From an uncultured virus (IMG/VR IMGVR_UViG_3300037439_000286) (taxonomy: Duplodnaviria; Heunggongvirae; Uroviricota; Caudoviricetes), in IMG/VR virus record IMGVR_UViG_3300037439_000286: a stretch of 20,000 nt of DNA, one strand, 5' to 3'. The position numbers and the translations under genes were made by a program. The stretch's first letter is position 1. The number at the start of each line of letters is the position of its first letter. The notes below the pieces were generated by a model. The model saw only the letters and a program-made list of their open reading frames with translations. It made no database searches and was not told the origin of the DNA. This document shows, in pieces, positions 8,137 to 17,764 of the stretch.

Positions 8137-8463
8137 TCACCGCGGGATCACGGGCTTGACGACCTCGACAGCCGGGGTCTCAGCGGCGGACTTCGTCTCG
8201 GCCGCCGTCGTCGCCGTCCGCAGGACCTGGGCCGCTGCCGTGGCCGCCGCGATTGCCTGAGCCGCCGCGGCGGCCGCTACCGACGCCGCCTCCTTGTGTG
8301 CCGGGCTGTCCGGCGAGGCCGCGTTCTTCTGCATCCAGAACTGGATCGCGGCGCCGATGACCAGGCCCGCCAACGCCGGCTGGCTCTCGCGGAATAGGTA
8401 ACAGAAGCTCAGCATCATGAACATCGCTGCCAGGTCGATGATACGTTCCGTGGTCCTGGTCAT
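8137..8463 (-). CDS. Holin-like two-TM membrane protein with an Ala-rich tail
   Basis: From ATG 8463 there are two hydrophobic segments, IIDLAAMFMMLSFCYLF and ALAGLVIGAAIQFW. Confidence 0.6.
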   Translation of the reverse strand: MTRTTERIIDLAAMFMMLSFCYLFRESQPALAGLVIGAAIQFWMQKNAASPDSPAHKEAASVAAAAAAQAIAAATAAAQVLRTATTAAETKSAAETPAVEVVKPVIPR

Positions 8464-8479
8464 GGCGGGCCGGCCTTGT

Positions 8480-8671
8480 CTACCGCAGACCGACCGGCCC
8501 ACTCCAGATGCCGAAGAAGCTCAGCAGCCATAGCACGACGGCGAGCACGATCACGAACATGGCGATCTCCCGGAAGGGCGACTGCATCGGGATCTTGGTG
8601 AACAGCAGCCAGCAGACGAACCCGAGGACGACCAGGACGAGCACGACTGTGATGAGGGACTCGATGCCCAT
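8480..8671 (-). CDS. Small two-TM membrane protein (63 aa), resembling the Thivi_2564 family
   Basis: GAAGGAG RBS before ATG 8671. Sequence LITVVLVLVVLGFVCWLL..IPM..PF....VIVLAVVLWLL. Confidence 0.75.
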   Translation of the reverse strand: MGIESLITVVLVLVVLGFVCWLLFTKIPMQSPFREIAMFVIVLAVVLWLLSFFGIWSGPVGLR

Positions 8672-8684
8672 GTTCTTCTCCTTC

Positions 8685-8906
8685 TTAACCGGGGAAGGCG
8701 ATCTCGCGGATGGAGGCCGCCAGCTCAGCCGACAGGAAGACGATTCCCTTCTCGACCATGGCCTTCGCGGCCGAGTCCGCCTCTTCCTTGCGGACCCCGA
8801 GGTCGAGGAGAATCCCCACCCTGGCCCGGTGCCCATCATCCTGGCCGGCGGCGGTTGTCGGGACGCAGCAGATCTGGGCGGCGCAGTTGAGTCTTGGGTC
8901 TGGCAT
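8685..8906 (-). CDS. Hypothetical protein (73 aa)
   Basis: TAATG overlap with the upstream gene and an AAGGAG RBS. Confidence 0.7.
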   Translation of the reverse strand: MPDPRLNCAAQICCVPTTAAGQDDGHRARVGILLDLGVRKEEADSAAKAMVEKGIVFLSAELAASIREIAFPG

Positions 8907-9331
8907 TACATCACTCCTTTTCTAATGAGGTCGCGTGTGGCGTCCTCTTGCCATTTCTTGAGCTTCATGATCTCGATTTCGAGGTCGGAGCGGTTTGTCC
9001 CGACTTTCTCTTCGATTGCTTTGATCCGCAGTTCCAGCACCTCGCGGTTCGGGAGCTGCCCCTGGATAGACACCAGCTTCTCCTGCAGGACGTCCAGCCG
9101 GTTGCCGAGAGTCACCCAGGCGGCGGTGACTGTCACGATGATCGTGAGAACCTGGATGAGGAGACGCGGGTCGAGCCAGGCGGACGACGGGCGCGGGGAC
9201 TGAGGCGGCTCGTCCCATCGACGACGGAACGTGGAGGTGTCGTCCAGGTCCCGATCGCGGTCCCGGTCCCGAGACCCGCGCCCCGGGTCCATCGCGATCG
9301 GCGTCGGCACGGCCGGCGGATCGGCGGTCAC
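8906..9331 (-). CDS. Single-TM plus coiled-coil membrane protein, possibly lysis-related
   Basis: TM segment LLIQVLTIIVTVTAAWVTLG followed by a heptad helix. The GTG start overlaps the stop of a mini-ORF. Confidence 0.7.
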   Translation of the reverse strand: MTADPPAVPTPIAMDPGRGSRDRDRDRDLDDTSTFRRRWDEPPQSPRPSSAWLDPRLLIQVLTIIVTVTAAWVTLGNRLDVLQEKLVSIQGQLPNREVLELRIKAIEEKVGTNRSDLEIEIMKLKKWQEDATRDLIRKGVM

Positions 9332-9440
9332 AGTGGGCAGCTCCGTACATGGGCATACATGAACATTGTCTGTATCTCCGCTTCCTCCTGACGCGCACCC
9401 GATATGTTACACGACAACAGGGTACTTACAGTATCTGCCC

Positions 9441-12400
9441 CTACTCGTCCTTCTCCTTCGCCCGCTCTTCCTTCTTCCCCTCGACCCACTCGCTATTCAG
9501 CTCCTCATAATGCTCAACCACCTGATCGACATCCCCCGCGAGCAGCGCATCCCGTTCCCACACTCCGACGCCCGCGATGGCCATCGCCTCGTCGATCTGC
9601 TCCTCGCTCAGTCCCCACACGCGGGCCGCGCGCACGTTCTCGACCATGTCAGTGGCCGATTCGCGAACCGCGGCCACAAAGAGCCGCCTATCTCTGTCCG
9701 ACGCATCCTTGCCGAGCTTGATGGGCTTCTTCTCGATCTCTCGGCCTTCTGACACATCCCGCTTGTAGCCAAACGACAGGCGCTTCAACTGTTTACCGAT
9801 GTCGATCGTGACGAGCCGCGGCCCAAACACCGCGATCACCTCGTCGGCGGTGTTGCGCTTCTCGTCGGCAATGCGAGCCGCGGTCTTGAGGGTGCCGGGG
9901 ACGAGCGTCTTGCCGACGTGGCCGGCCTTCGCGATCTCGCGGTCCGCAACCGGCCACCGCTCGTTGTACACCGGGTAGCCTTCCGGCGTCTGGTTCCGGA
10001 AGTAGGCCGACACGACCGCCCCGGTGAACAAGTCCTCGCCGAATGGCCGCTTGAACTCCTCGATCGCGCCCTGCACATCCCCCTGGAGGAGCTGGATGAA
10101 GGGCTGCTTGATGACATTGAAGAAGTCGCCGAACGACACGTCCACGAACCGGATCTTGCCGTCGTCGCTCGGCAGGAAAATGACCGTCGAGTTGCGGTTC
10201 CAGGGCGCCATGAACCGGCGGGCCGCATCATCATCGTCCTCGTCGAGCGAGAGGAGGTGGCGGGCCGCGAGAGCCGCGATCGTGGGAATCGAGAGCGCGG
10301 CCACGAACCCGACGGCCTTCTTTGCGCCGAGCTTGCGGACTTCTGGATTGTCGCTCCGGATCTCGCGCACCGCGATGAGCCCGATGTTCTTGGACGTGCG
10401 CGCCACTTCCTCGAAAAACGACACGAACGGCCCGATCACCGGCGCCTGGCCCAGCACCTTCATCGCCTCGGGCACACGCGAGTAGTTCTGCATCGTGTCG
10501 CGCAGGATCTCCGCCACATGCTCCTCGGCCTCGGCCCGGGTCACGCCGAGCGCCTTCTCGTACTGCGGCACGAGCGCATCGAACGTGTACATCTTGGCGA
10601 AGTTGTCGGGCGCGTTGTAGAAGTTCTGGGTGAAGCGCACGCCGCGGCCGAACGCCGACCCGGCTCCCGGCTCCTCGCCCTTGAACATCTGGGCGTTTCT
10701 CTCGGTCCGCTTCAAGTCCCCGAGATCCGTCCCCTGGTCGAACAGGTTCAGCTCCAGCATCCGCTCGATCAGCCGCACGCGTCCCGCTTCGGTTGTTCCC
10801 AGGAGCTTGCCGTAGGAAACCGCGCCCGCACGCTTGAACCGGTCGTAGTTGATCGGGTTGACTCCGTTGGCAAGGACCGAGAGGAAGTTCGAGAGGAAGT
10901 TACGGTCTGCCGCCTGGATCGAGCCCGCGGTCACGGCCGCCTTCGCACCGAACGACAGATGAAACCACCACCTGATCCATCCAGGGTAGTTGCGCGAATC
11001 ACTGAACACCGACTCCAGCTCCTCCAGGACTTCTGGAGTCGTGTACAACCCCGACATCGGCTTGGTGCGCGGCTTGCCCCGCAGATCCACGACCCGGTCG
11101 AGCCCGGGTTCAGGCCCAGCGTCCTCGGCCGACTCGACTTTCCGCGCAAACCGGTCCGGGTCGATCGGCTCAGTGAACGTCTGCTCATCGACCGACCCCG
11201 CCTGCTCGACCTCGGCCGAAGTGCGAAGAGCGCCGGCGGCCCGGCCTTCCTTCTCGACACGCCGGAGGAACCGCTCGTTCTCAAGCAACGCCCCCATCTC
11301 CAGGGCCGTGGTCGCGAAGTTCGAGCCGGCGTGCCGGGTCTCGCCACGAAGCAACCGTTCGAGCGCATCTCGATCGCCGCGCTTCTTCATGACCGACAGG
11401 TTCTTCGCGCCTTCGGGAACGCCGCCCGGCATGACGGGCCGCTGCACCTTCTTCACGTACCGGTCGAGCATGCCCCAGATCTGGGAGTCCGGCTTGGCGG
11501 GATGTGCCCGGACCGCGCCATCATGCACGCCCAAGAACAACGGGCCATGAAGGTTGTAGTCCGCTAGGAACTGATTGAGGAGGAGCGGATCGCGCAGGGC
11601 ACGAGTCAAGTCGGCGACGGCCTGTTCCCGCGTTCCCTTGGCCTGCTTCAGATCGGCATATGGAACCTCGACCGTCTCAGGCTTGCCGTTCGCGTCTGCC
11701 GCGACGACGTATGCTTTGTCACCCACGACCTGCACGACATTCCCGACTCGGGAGCCGAACTTCACCCGATCGCCCTGGCGCGGCGGATGCGTGGCCGGCG
11801 GCCTCGTGAGCTTCATGTCCTTGACGACAGACCGCGCGCGGTCTTCCGCCACCGCCGCATCCCACTTCTTCCGCGTCAGCTCGAAGGCCCGGTTCCAGAG
11901 CGGCTCGTGGCGGACTCGCTTTGCCCACTTGTCGTTGCGGGCCGACTCATACTGCCGGTGGACATACAGCCCATGGCTCCGTTCCAGCTCGCGGGCAGTC
12001 CCATCATCCAGTGCCCCGAGCCGCCGGAGTTCCCGAGTCAGGCCGTCGGTGTGCGCGCGAAGCTGGCGGATGATCGGCAGGAAGCTTTGTGCGCCCGGAT
12101 CAGGAGCCTCGGCTCGGACGGCGAATCCTGGTGCGGTGCTGCGCTGAATGTTGGACGCCCTCGGCAGTGTAGCCCCAGCCAGCGGTTCTGGCATCGTACG
12201 ACTCGCCTGCTCGCGGACTGTCTCCTCCTGCAGCCCGCGGCGGGCCGCGATCCGTTTGATTTGTGCATCATCCAGCAGCTCACCACCGGTCCGCACGTTC
12301 ATCCCGCGGTACGCATCATCCAGATACCGGGTGAGCTGCTGGTAGGACAGCGGGCCGCGGTACTGGCGGATCTGCCGGTTGAGCTGTCGCGACAGGAGAT

Positions 12401-15095
12401 CGACCTGGTAGGTGTGCTTCGCGATCTTGCCGTCCCGGGCGAGGACTGCATCATCCAGGAACTTGGGCCGGCGCTTGCCGGGGCTCGCGAAGTTCTTGAC
12501 GAGGAAGCGCTTGATTGCGCGACCGGGCAGGGCGGGCAGGGTCAGGGCACCGCGCTCGCCGACCGAGGAGATGGCGCGGGACGGGAGAGCTACGCCCGGC
12601 CGTGGCTTGTTTTCTGGGGTGGCGCCTCCTGTCGCAACCACTCCCTGTACCGACCTTGCACTCTCGGCGGCAGCGGCTCCAGGAATCCCATCCACAGGCC
12701 GCGCATCAGGTACCGCCGGAAGTTCGACTGGCGCACTGCGCTCCGGGCCTCGTGCCTGCTCGGGTGATGCTTCAAGCGTGCTATCATTGGTCTCCTCCTC
12801 GGCACGTACTGTAGCACGAGACGCCGGCCGTCGGTCCCATCCCTCGCTTGCCTTCCATAGCCGCCGCGCCTCCCCATATCCGACACCCAGCGCTCTCTGG
12901 ATCTCGGGGAGCTTGGGCCGGCGGCCGAGCCGCTGTGCGAGCGCCACGACTCGGGTCTCGGCGGACTGCGGCTCGGCCGGCTCGACAGCCCGCTCGGTTG
13001 GAGCGGCGGGCTCAGCCGGCGACGATGACCGGTCCAGAGCCACGGCATCCGGAGAAAACAACGCGACTACGTTCTGTGGGGGGCTGTCGGACCGAGAGTT
13101 GGGCGCGTCGATCACATTGCGGAATCGCACCCCTGGGCGTCCCTCGGCCAACGCCTGCTCAATCCCTCGCGGGTATAGCGCATCCTCCACATGGTGACGC
13201 CCCCCGGCATCAATCTCCAGAAGCCGCCCTGGCTCTCGCACCGACCCGGCGAAGACCTTCCGTGGGTTGCGTCCCGGCACAGGCGGAGTGTCCGCGTACT
13301 CTGCAGCTCGATCGGAGTCTTCGGTAAACCATCCGACCTTTGCCCGGAAAGGCCCGAATCCGGAGTCAACAAACGCCTCCTCCGGGAACTCACCACCGGG
13401 CTCAAATTCTCTTCCACTCGTTCCGCGGAAAACACGCAACGGTCGACTCTCAGCCGGCACTACCTCCAACTCCTCGCTCGTCCTCACGCGCGTCGGCGGC
13501 ACCTGCGGCCCGACGGCCGGTGGCCCGGCATGCGTTCCCTTGGCCCGCAGCCACACGATCCGCTCGACTGCCCTCTCGGTCGCCTCGTCGGGAGGGTTGT
13601 CCAGGATGGCGCGGAGTTGATCGTCCGGCAGGTCTCGGACCGCGTCCATCTTCTCCTGGACCTGCCGTCGCATGGCCAGGTTGGATCGGCGGTCCTGGGC
13701 CGGCGGTTCCTCGGGCGATGGGCCGGGCTGCTGTAACTCAACAGGAGCGGCCGTCACAGGTTCGGCGGGCTCGATGGGCACGACCGGAGAATAAGCAGGC
13801 TCAACCGCCGGGCCTGCCGATGCCCGTGGAGCCACGGACGCGCCACCACCAGCCAATCCGAGCACGAACCCGCTGATCCCGGCCTCCCCGACGCGCCTGG
13901 CAACGTCCTCAAGCGACAGGTCCTCGGCCGCGGCGACCTGGGCCACGTTAGCCAGGATCTGGTTCAGCTCCTGCAGGCTCTCGGTTCCGCCTTCCGCCAT
14001 CCCCTGTTCGAGCACGAGCCGCACGACAGACTTGGCCGCGGCATCGTCGACTCCGGGCACGACCCCGCCCTTCAGAGTCCGCAGGAGCTTGCCGGCCGGC
14101 AGGTACTCCAGGACCATGTTGGTTGCGCCGACCCACCCGGCAACCCGTCGCGCCTCCTCCTCGGTGGCGCCCGAGTCCTTGGCCTCGTTGTAGGCCGCGC
14201 CTGCCTCCTGGGTGAAGGCCACGGCTCCGCCGCCTACCGGCCCGCCGACCGCCGCGCCGCCGATCGTCGCAACCAGGGTCGGCAGGTTTTCGAGTCCAGA
14301 GATGGCGAGCGTTTTGAGTGGATCGGTCTGTAGGCCGGACCAGAAGTCCTGGGCGTACTCGGGCCGCGGCATGGATTCCTGCGAGCGAGTGGCAGCCGAC
14401 TGCATCTGCTCGCCGGCCTGCTGGAGTTGCGAGCCCGTGGCGCCTGCCGCCAACCCGACCGCGGACATCGGCGGCGCGCCCACCGAGTAGAGATCCCGGG
14501 CTCGTGCCATCGCCTCCTGCTGGGCGAGAGTCATGCCGGCCATCGACTCGTCCGGCTCGGGCTGAAGCGCCCGCCCAACCATCTCCCCGAGCCCGCCGAC
14601 GGCCGACCCGACGTTGCTGACTCCGCGCTGCCACGCCTCGACCGCCGCCTCGGGGAAGGTGGGCTCGCCGTACAGAGCCGCGGTGTCCGCCTGCTCGGTC
14701 GGCAGTGGCGCGCCGCCCATCTGGCCGAGGGCCTTCTGCCGCAGACCTTCGGCGCGCTCCTCGCGATTCAGGTGGGCGGCGACAGGTGGAGGGACTTCGA
14801 CCGCGGGCCGATGCACCGCGAGCGGCCGTGGAGGCTGCGGAGGCGGCGGAGGCGGGATGCGTGCGAGTGCCGACGGCCGGGCCGGGGAACTCGGCGGCGG
14901 AACAAACGGTAGGAGCTGCGGCTTGCGGCCGGGCGTCGGTTCGGTCGGCGGCGGCTCGTAGGTTGAGAGGAACCAGTCGATGGCCGAGGCCGTGGATGAG
15001 AGAGCCGATCGCGGCTGGACCGCGGGCTCGGCAGGCGTACCTGCCGGCTCATACCTCCGCAGGAACTCGTCGAGAGCCGCCCGGTCGAACGCCAT
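9441..15095 (-). CDS. Large polyvalent internal virion/DNA-ejection protein (1884 aa) with ART-like, HTH and KOW-like modules
   Basis: Its size and position after the pilot-like genes fit this role. It has Gly/Ala-rich hydrophobic helices with the motifs EAGAAYNEA and EGGTESLQE, embedded domains, and a helical C-terminal region. Confidence 0.8.
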   Translation of the reverse strand: MAFDRAALDEFLRRYEPAGTPAEPAVQPRSALSSTASAIDWFLSTYEPPPTEPTPGRKPQLLPFVPPPSSPARPSALARIPPPPPPQPPRPLAVHRPAVEVPPPVAAHLNREERAEGLRQKALGQMGGAPLPTEQADTAALYGEPTFPEAAVEAWQRGVSNVGSAVGGLGEMVGRALQPEPDESMAGMTLAQQEAMARARDLYSVGAPPMSAVGLAAGATGSQLQQAGEQMQSAATRSQESMPRPEYAQDFWSGLQTDPLKTLAISGLENLPTLVATIGGAAVGGPVGGGAVAFTQEAGAAYNEAKDSGATEEEARRVAGWVGATNMVLEYLPAGKLLRTLKGGVVPGVDDAAAKSVVRLVLEQGMAEGGTESLQELNQILANVAQVAAAEDLSLEDVARRVGEAGISGFVLGLAGGGASVAPRASAGPAVEPAYSPVVPIEPAEPVTAAPVELQQPGPSPEEPPAQDRRSNLAMRRQVQEKMDAVRDLPDDQLRAILDNPPDEATERAVERIVWLRAKGTHAGPPAVGPQVPPTRVRTSEELEVVPAESRPLRVFRGTSGREFEPGGEFPEEAFVDSGFGPFRAKVGWFTEDSDRAAEYADTPPVPGRNPRKVFAGSVREPGRLLEIDAGGRHHVEDALYPRGIEQALAEGRPGVRFRNVIDAPNSRSDSPPQNVVALFSPDAVALDRSSSPAEPAAPTERAVEPAEPQSAETRVVALAQRLGRRPKLPEIQRALGVGYGEARRLWKASEGWDRRPASRATVRAEEETNDSTLEASPEQARGPERSAPVELPAVPDARPVDGIPGAAAAESARSVQGVVATGGATPENKPRPGVALPSRAISSVGERGALTLPALPGRAIKRFLVKNFASPGKRRPKFLDDAVLARDGKIAKHTYQVDLLSRQLNRQIRQYRGPLSYQQLTRYLDDAYRGMNVRTGGELLDDAQIKRIAARRGLQEETVREQASRTMPEPLAGATLPRASNIQRSTAPGFAVRAEAPDPGAQSFLPIIRQLRAHTDGLTRELRRLGALDDGTARELERSHGLYVHRQYESARNDKWAKRVRHEPLWNRAFELTRKKWDAAVAEDRARSVVKDMKLTRPPATHPPRQGDRVKFGSRVGNVVQVVGDKAYVVAADANGKPETVEVPYADLKQAKGTREQAVADLTRALRDPLLLNQFLADYNLHGPLFLGVHDGAVRAHPAKPDSQIWGMLDRYVKKVQRPVMPGGVPEGAKNLSVMKKRGDRDALERLLRGETRHAGSNFATTALEMGALLENERFLRRVEKEGRAAGALRTSAEVEQAGSVDEQTFTEPIDPDRFARKVESAEDAGPEPGLDRVVDLRGKPRTKPMSGLYTTPEVLEELESVFSDSRNYPGWIRWWFHLSFGAKAAVTAGSIQAADRNFLSNFLSVLANGVNPINYDRFKRAGAVSYGKLLGTTEAGRVRLIERMLELNLFDQGTDLGDLKRTERNAQMFKGEEPGAGSAFGRGVRFTQNFYNAPDNFAKMYTFDALVPQYEKALGVTRAEAEEHVAEILRDTMQNYSRVPEAMKVLGQAPVIGPFVSFFEEVARTSKNIGLIAVREIRSDNPEVRKLGAKKAVGFVAALSIPTIAALAARHLLSLDEDDDDAARRFMAPWNRNSTVIFLPSDDGKIRFVDVSFGDFFNVIKQPFIQLLQGDVQGAIEEFKRPFGEDLFTGAVVSAYFRNQTPEGYPVYNERWPVADREIAKAGHVGKTLVPGTLKTAARIADEKRNTADEVIAVFGPRLVTIDIGKQLKRLSFGYKRDVSEGREIEKKPIKLGKDASDRDRRLFVAAVRESATDMVENVRAARVWGLSEEQIDEAMAIAGVGVWERDALLAGDVDQVVEHYEELNSEWVEGKKEERAKEKDE

Positions 15096-15097
15096 CC

Positions 15098-16654
15098 CTA
15101 TCGCCCGCCACCCTGGGACCGCAGGAACGCCTCGACCGCGTCATCGACCTGCGAATCGCTCCACTCGGGGTGGCGCTCGCGGATGGCGGATTCAGCTTCG
15201 AGTCGAACGTCGGCCGGATCGTCCTCGGGCTCGCCGATCGCGGGCTCGCTCACCCCGATCTCGTCCGCATCGGTGATGGGCTCCAGGGACTCGGGCTCGG
15301 CAGGCTCAGCAGGCATCGTGGAGGCGGGCCGCTGTCTCCCACCACTGCCGGCCGCGAGCGCCGCCTCAACTCCGTTCTTGACCGCCTGCACAGGCCCTTC
15401 TCCCCTCCCCATCCTGGACATCGCGTCGGCCGATGCGCGAATCGCGGCCGCCTCCGCCTCCTCGGCCGGCAAACTCCCATCGACGACTCGCGAGTTGATC
15501 TCGCCCGCGAGGATGCGCGCCTGCGCCCCCGAAAGCGGAATCGGCCGCCGGCCGCCGTACGAACGCAGGAACGCCTGCTTGGCCAGCACGAGTTCTTGCC
15601 CGCGCTTCTCCTTGAGCACCAGCCGCAGCCCATCGTCGAAGTCCTTGACCGCCGACCGGCTGTCCCGCATAAGAAGCTCGGCCGAGATGCGCGGCGTTCC
15701 CGCATCCCCGCTCGCCTCCTTCCGGTAATCGATCAACCCCTTCTCGTGCGAGAACCGGTTCGACTCGCGCGATCGGGCCAACGAATCCTGGAGCTTGATC
15801 CGCGCGACCTGCTGCTCGTGGCGCTGCTTGGCGGCCTTCTCATTGGCCTCGGCCGACTGCCGGATCGCGGCCTGCTTGTTCTCTTCGCGGGCGACCCGTT
15901 CCGTCATCCAGTAGTCCTGCTGCTGGAGGACCGACGGCTTCTGCTCCAGTCCAAAGCCGATGCGGGCGGCACGGGCGAGCGTACTGTTGGGCGGGCCGAA
16001 CTGGCCGGACTCGGCCGCCGCGAGCGTCTTGAACTCGGCCGGCGCGTCCCGGTTTACATCGAAGACACGCATCGGATCGGGGATCGAGAACTTCTCTTCC
16101 TGGATTAGGCGATTGAGTTCGAGCTGCTGGGCCGGAGGGAGACCCTGCATGGCCTGACGCGGGAAGTACCCCGGCTGGACCTGCGCGTGCGACTGAGCGG
16201 CCGCGACCTGGCCCATGTTCGGCACGTTGAGTGGGAAGGCGGACGGGCCGGTGCCTCCAGGGATGACTGGCGGCATCGACTGCGGCATTGCGGCAATCTC
16301 CTGGCCGCGGTTCGCGTAGTCCGCCTGCAACCCGCTCCAGGCGTCGGTCCATGCACGCTTGGCCCCGGCGACCGTTTCGTACCTATTCTTGATCTCGTCG
16401 ATCATCTCCGACACGCCCGGATGCTTGTCACCGTACCGGGCCTTGATGTCCTCACCCCAGGTCGTCGCGAGCTGCGGCATGCCTTGGGCGGCACGGAAGA
16501 ACCGGTCGATCTCGGCGAGTTCACGTCCCCGTTCCTGCTCGCGGTTCGCGGCCCAGCGGTCGCGCACGCCGGCGATGGTTGCGCCGAGCTGCTGGGCCTT
16601 CCTGGTGTAGAAGTCTGGCCCACCTTCGTAGGACGTGCCGATGATGTTCGCCAT
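15098..16654 (-). CDS. Putative internal virion/ejection protein (518 aa)
   Basis: Helical Ala/Gln/Arg-rich protein in an operon directly upstream of the giant gene. Confidence 0.65.
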   Translation of the reverse strand: MANIIGTSYEGGPDFYTRKAQQLGATIAGVRDRWAANREQERGRELAEIDRFFRAAQGMPQLATTWGEDIKARYGDKHPGVSEMIDEIKNRYETVAGAKRAWTDAWSGLQADYANRGQEIAAMPQSMPPVIPGGTGPSAFPLNVPNMGQVAAAQSHAQVQPGYFPRQAMQGLPPAQQLELNRLIQEEKFSIPDPMRVFDVNRDAPAEFKTLAAAESGQFGPPNSTLARAARIGFGLEQKPSVLQQQDYWMTERVAREENKQAAIRQSAEANEKAAKQRHEQQVARIKLQDSLARSRESNRFSHEKGLIDYRKEASGDAGTPRISAELLMRDSRSAVKDFDDGLRLVLKEKRGQELVLAKQAFLRSYGGRRPIPLSGAQARILAGEINSRVVDGSLPAEEAEAAAIRASADAMSRMGRGEGPVQAVKNGVEAALAAGSGGRQRPASTMPAEPAEPESLEPITDADEIGVSEPAIGEPEDDPADVRLEAESAIRERHPEWSDSQVDDAVEAFLRSQGGGR

Positions 16655-16670
16655 GGGGAGGTGTCAATCC

Positions 16671-17729
16671 TCAGCCGAAGAGACCCAGGAGGAGCTGTGC
16701 CCAGTCCGCGGCTCCTGGGCCGCCCTGCTGGGTGATGGGCACGATTTGACCGGGCGATCCTGCACCCTGGCTCTGGGCCGCGCCGAGCATCATCGGCAGC
16801 CACCCGAGTTTCGACCGCTCGAAGTCGTCGTAGGCCCACTTGGAGAAGTCGTCCTGCCGCCCCTGTTCCCACTGCCCCAGCTCGAACGGCAGCCGGACCC
16901 TGTCCTGCGCCTGTTGATCCAGCATCCCGCCGAGCCCGATGCTCATGCCGGTCGCGTCGAGCGCGCGGTCCTCCTGCCGGTTCGAGTAGTCGGCAAGCAG
17001 GTTCTGCATGAGCATGTTCTGCTGGAGCGCGTTCTCGGCGCCGATCTGGCCGGCCGCGTTCATGGCGCTCGTGCCATAGCGGTTCCCGGAGAACCCCGCG
17101 CCGGCCATCGCGTCGCCGATCTGCCGGTTCATGTTCGCGTTCATCACGGGGACGGCCGACAAGAACTGCATCATCGGGTCGCGGAAATCGTTCGCGCCGA
17201 GTGGAGATCCGCCGGTCGGAGGCGGCATCGGCGGCATGAAGGGCGAGCCGACCGGGGTGCCGGGAGGAGGTAGGCCGAGGCCGGTTGGGCCGCCACCAGG
17301 AGGAGAGCCGGGGGAGCCAGGGCCGGCAGGTCCACCGGGGCCGGGACCGGGACCTGGGGCGCCGGGACTCCCGCCGAGCTTGCCGCGATTCTGAAGCGAC
17401 CGGGACCAGCGACGGCGGGCTTCAGACTCGGGCATGCCACCGGCCACGAGCTTGGCGAACGCGGGCGGCAGGGCATCGCGTGCCGGGTCGGGAGGACGCT
17501 GGCCAGGGCGAAGCTGAGCCCCGGGAGAGGGGGCGGGAGCGGCAGGATTGCCGCCGGCAGGACGGTTCTGCCGCGGCTGCCGGGCCGGGTTGCGCGCGCC
17601 GGGAACGCCGGGAGCGGCGGGCGGCGGGACCACGGGCGGCGGGACTTGCGCCCCTGGGGCCGTGGGCTGTTGCCGGCGGCTGCCGTCGAGGATCGGCCGG
17701 TCGTTGCTGAGCCTGTCGCCGAGTGGCAT
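16671..17729 (-). CDS. Putative DNA pilot/ejection protein (352 aa) with a Pro/Gly-rich N-half
   Basis: AGGAGG RBS. The C-half is Gln/Asn/Met/Gly-rich (AGFSGNRYGTS...QQ) and ends in a hydrophobic amphipathic segment, as in podovirus pilot proteins. Confidence 0.65.
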   Translation of the reverse strand: MPLGDRLSNDRPILDGSRRQQPTAPGAQVPPPVVPPPAAPGVPGARNPARQPRQNRPAGGNPAAPAPSPGAQLRPGQRPPDPARDALPPAFAKLVAGGMPESEARRRWSRSLQNRGKLGGSPGAPGPGPGPGGPAGPGSPGSPPGGGPTGLGLPPPGTPVGSPFMPPMPPPTGGSPLGANDFRDPMMQFLSAVPVMNANMNRQIGDAMAGAGFSGNRYGTSAMNAAGQIGAENALQQNMLMQNLLADYSNRQEDRALDATGMSIGLGGMLDQQAQDRVRLPFELGQWEQGRQDDFSKWAYDDFERSKLGWLPMMLGAAQSQGAGSPGQIVPITQQGGPGAADWAQLLLGLFG

Positions 17730-17764
17730 TGTCCGTCCTCCTGCGTTCTCGCGTTCCCGCTACA

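Noticed and set aside
9918..11567. Long + strand ORFs (549 aa here, also 467 aa at 14705 and 387 aa at 17723)
   Set aside because: They are antisense shadows of GC-rich - strand genes, with Arg/His/Leu-rich composition and no motifs.
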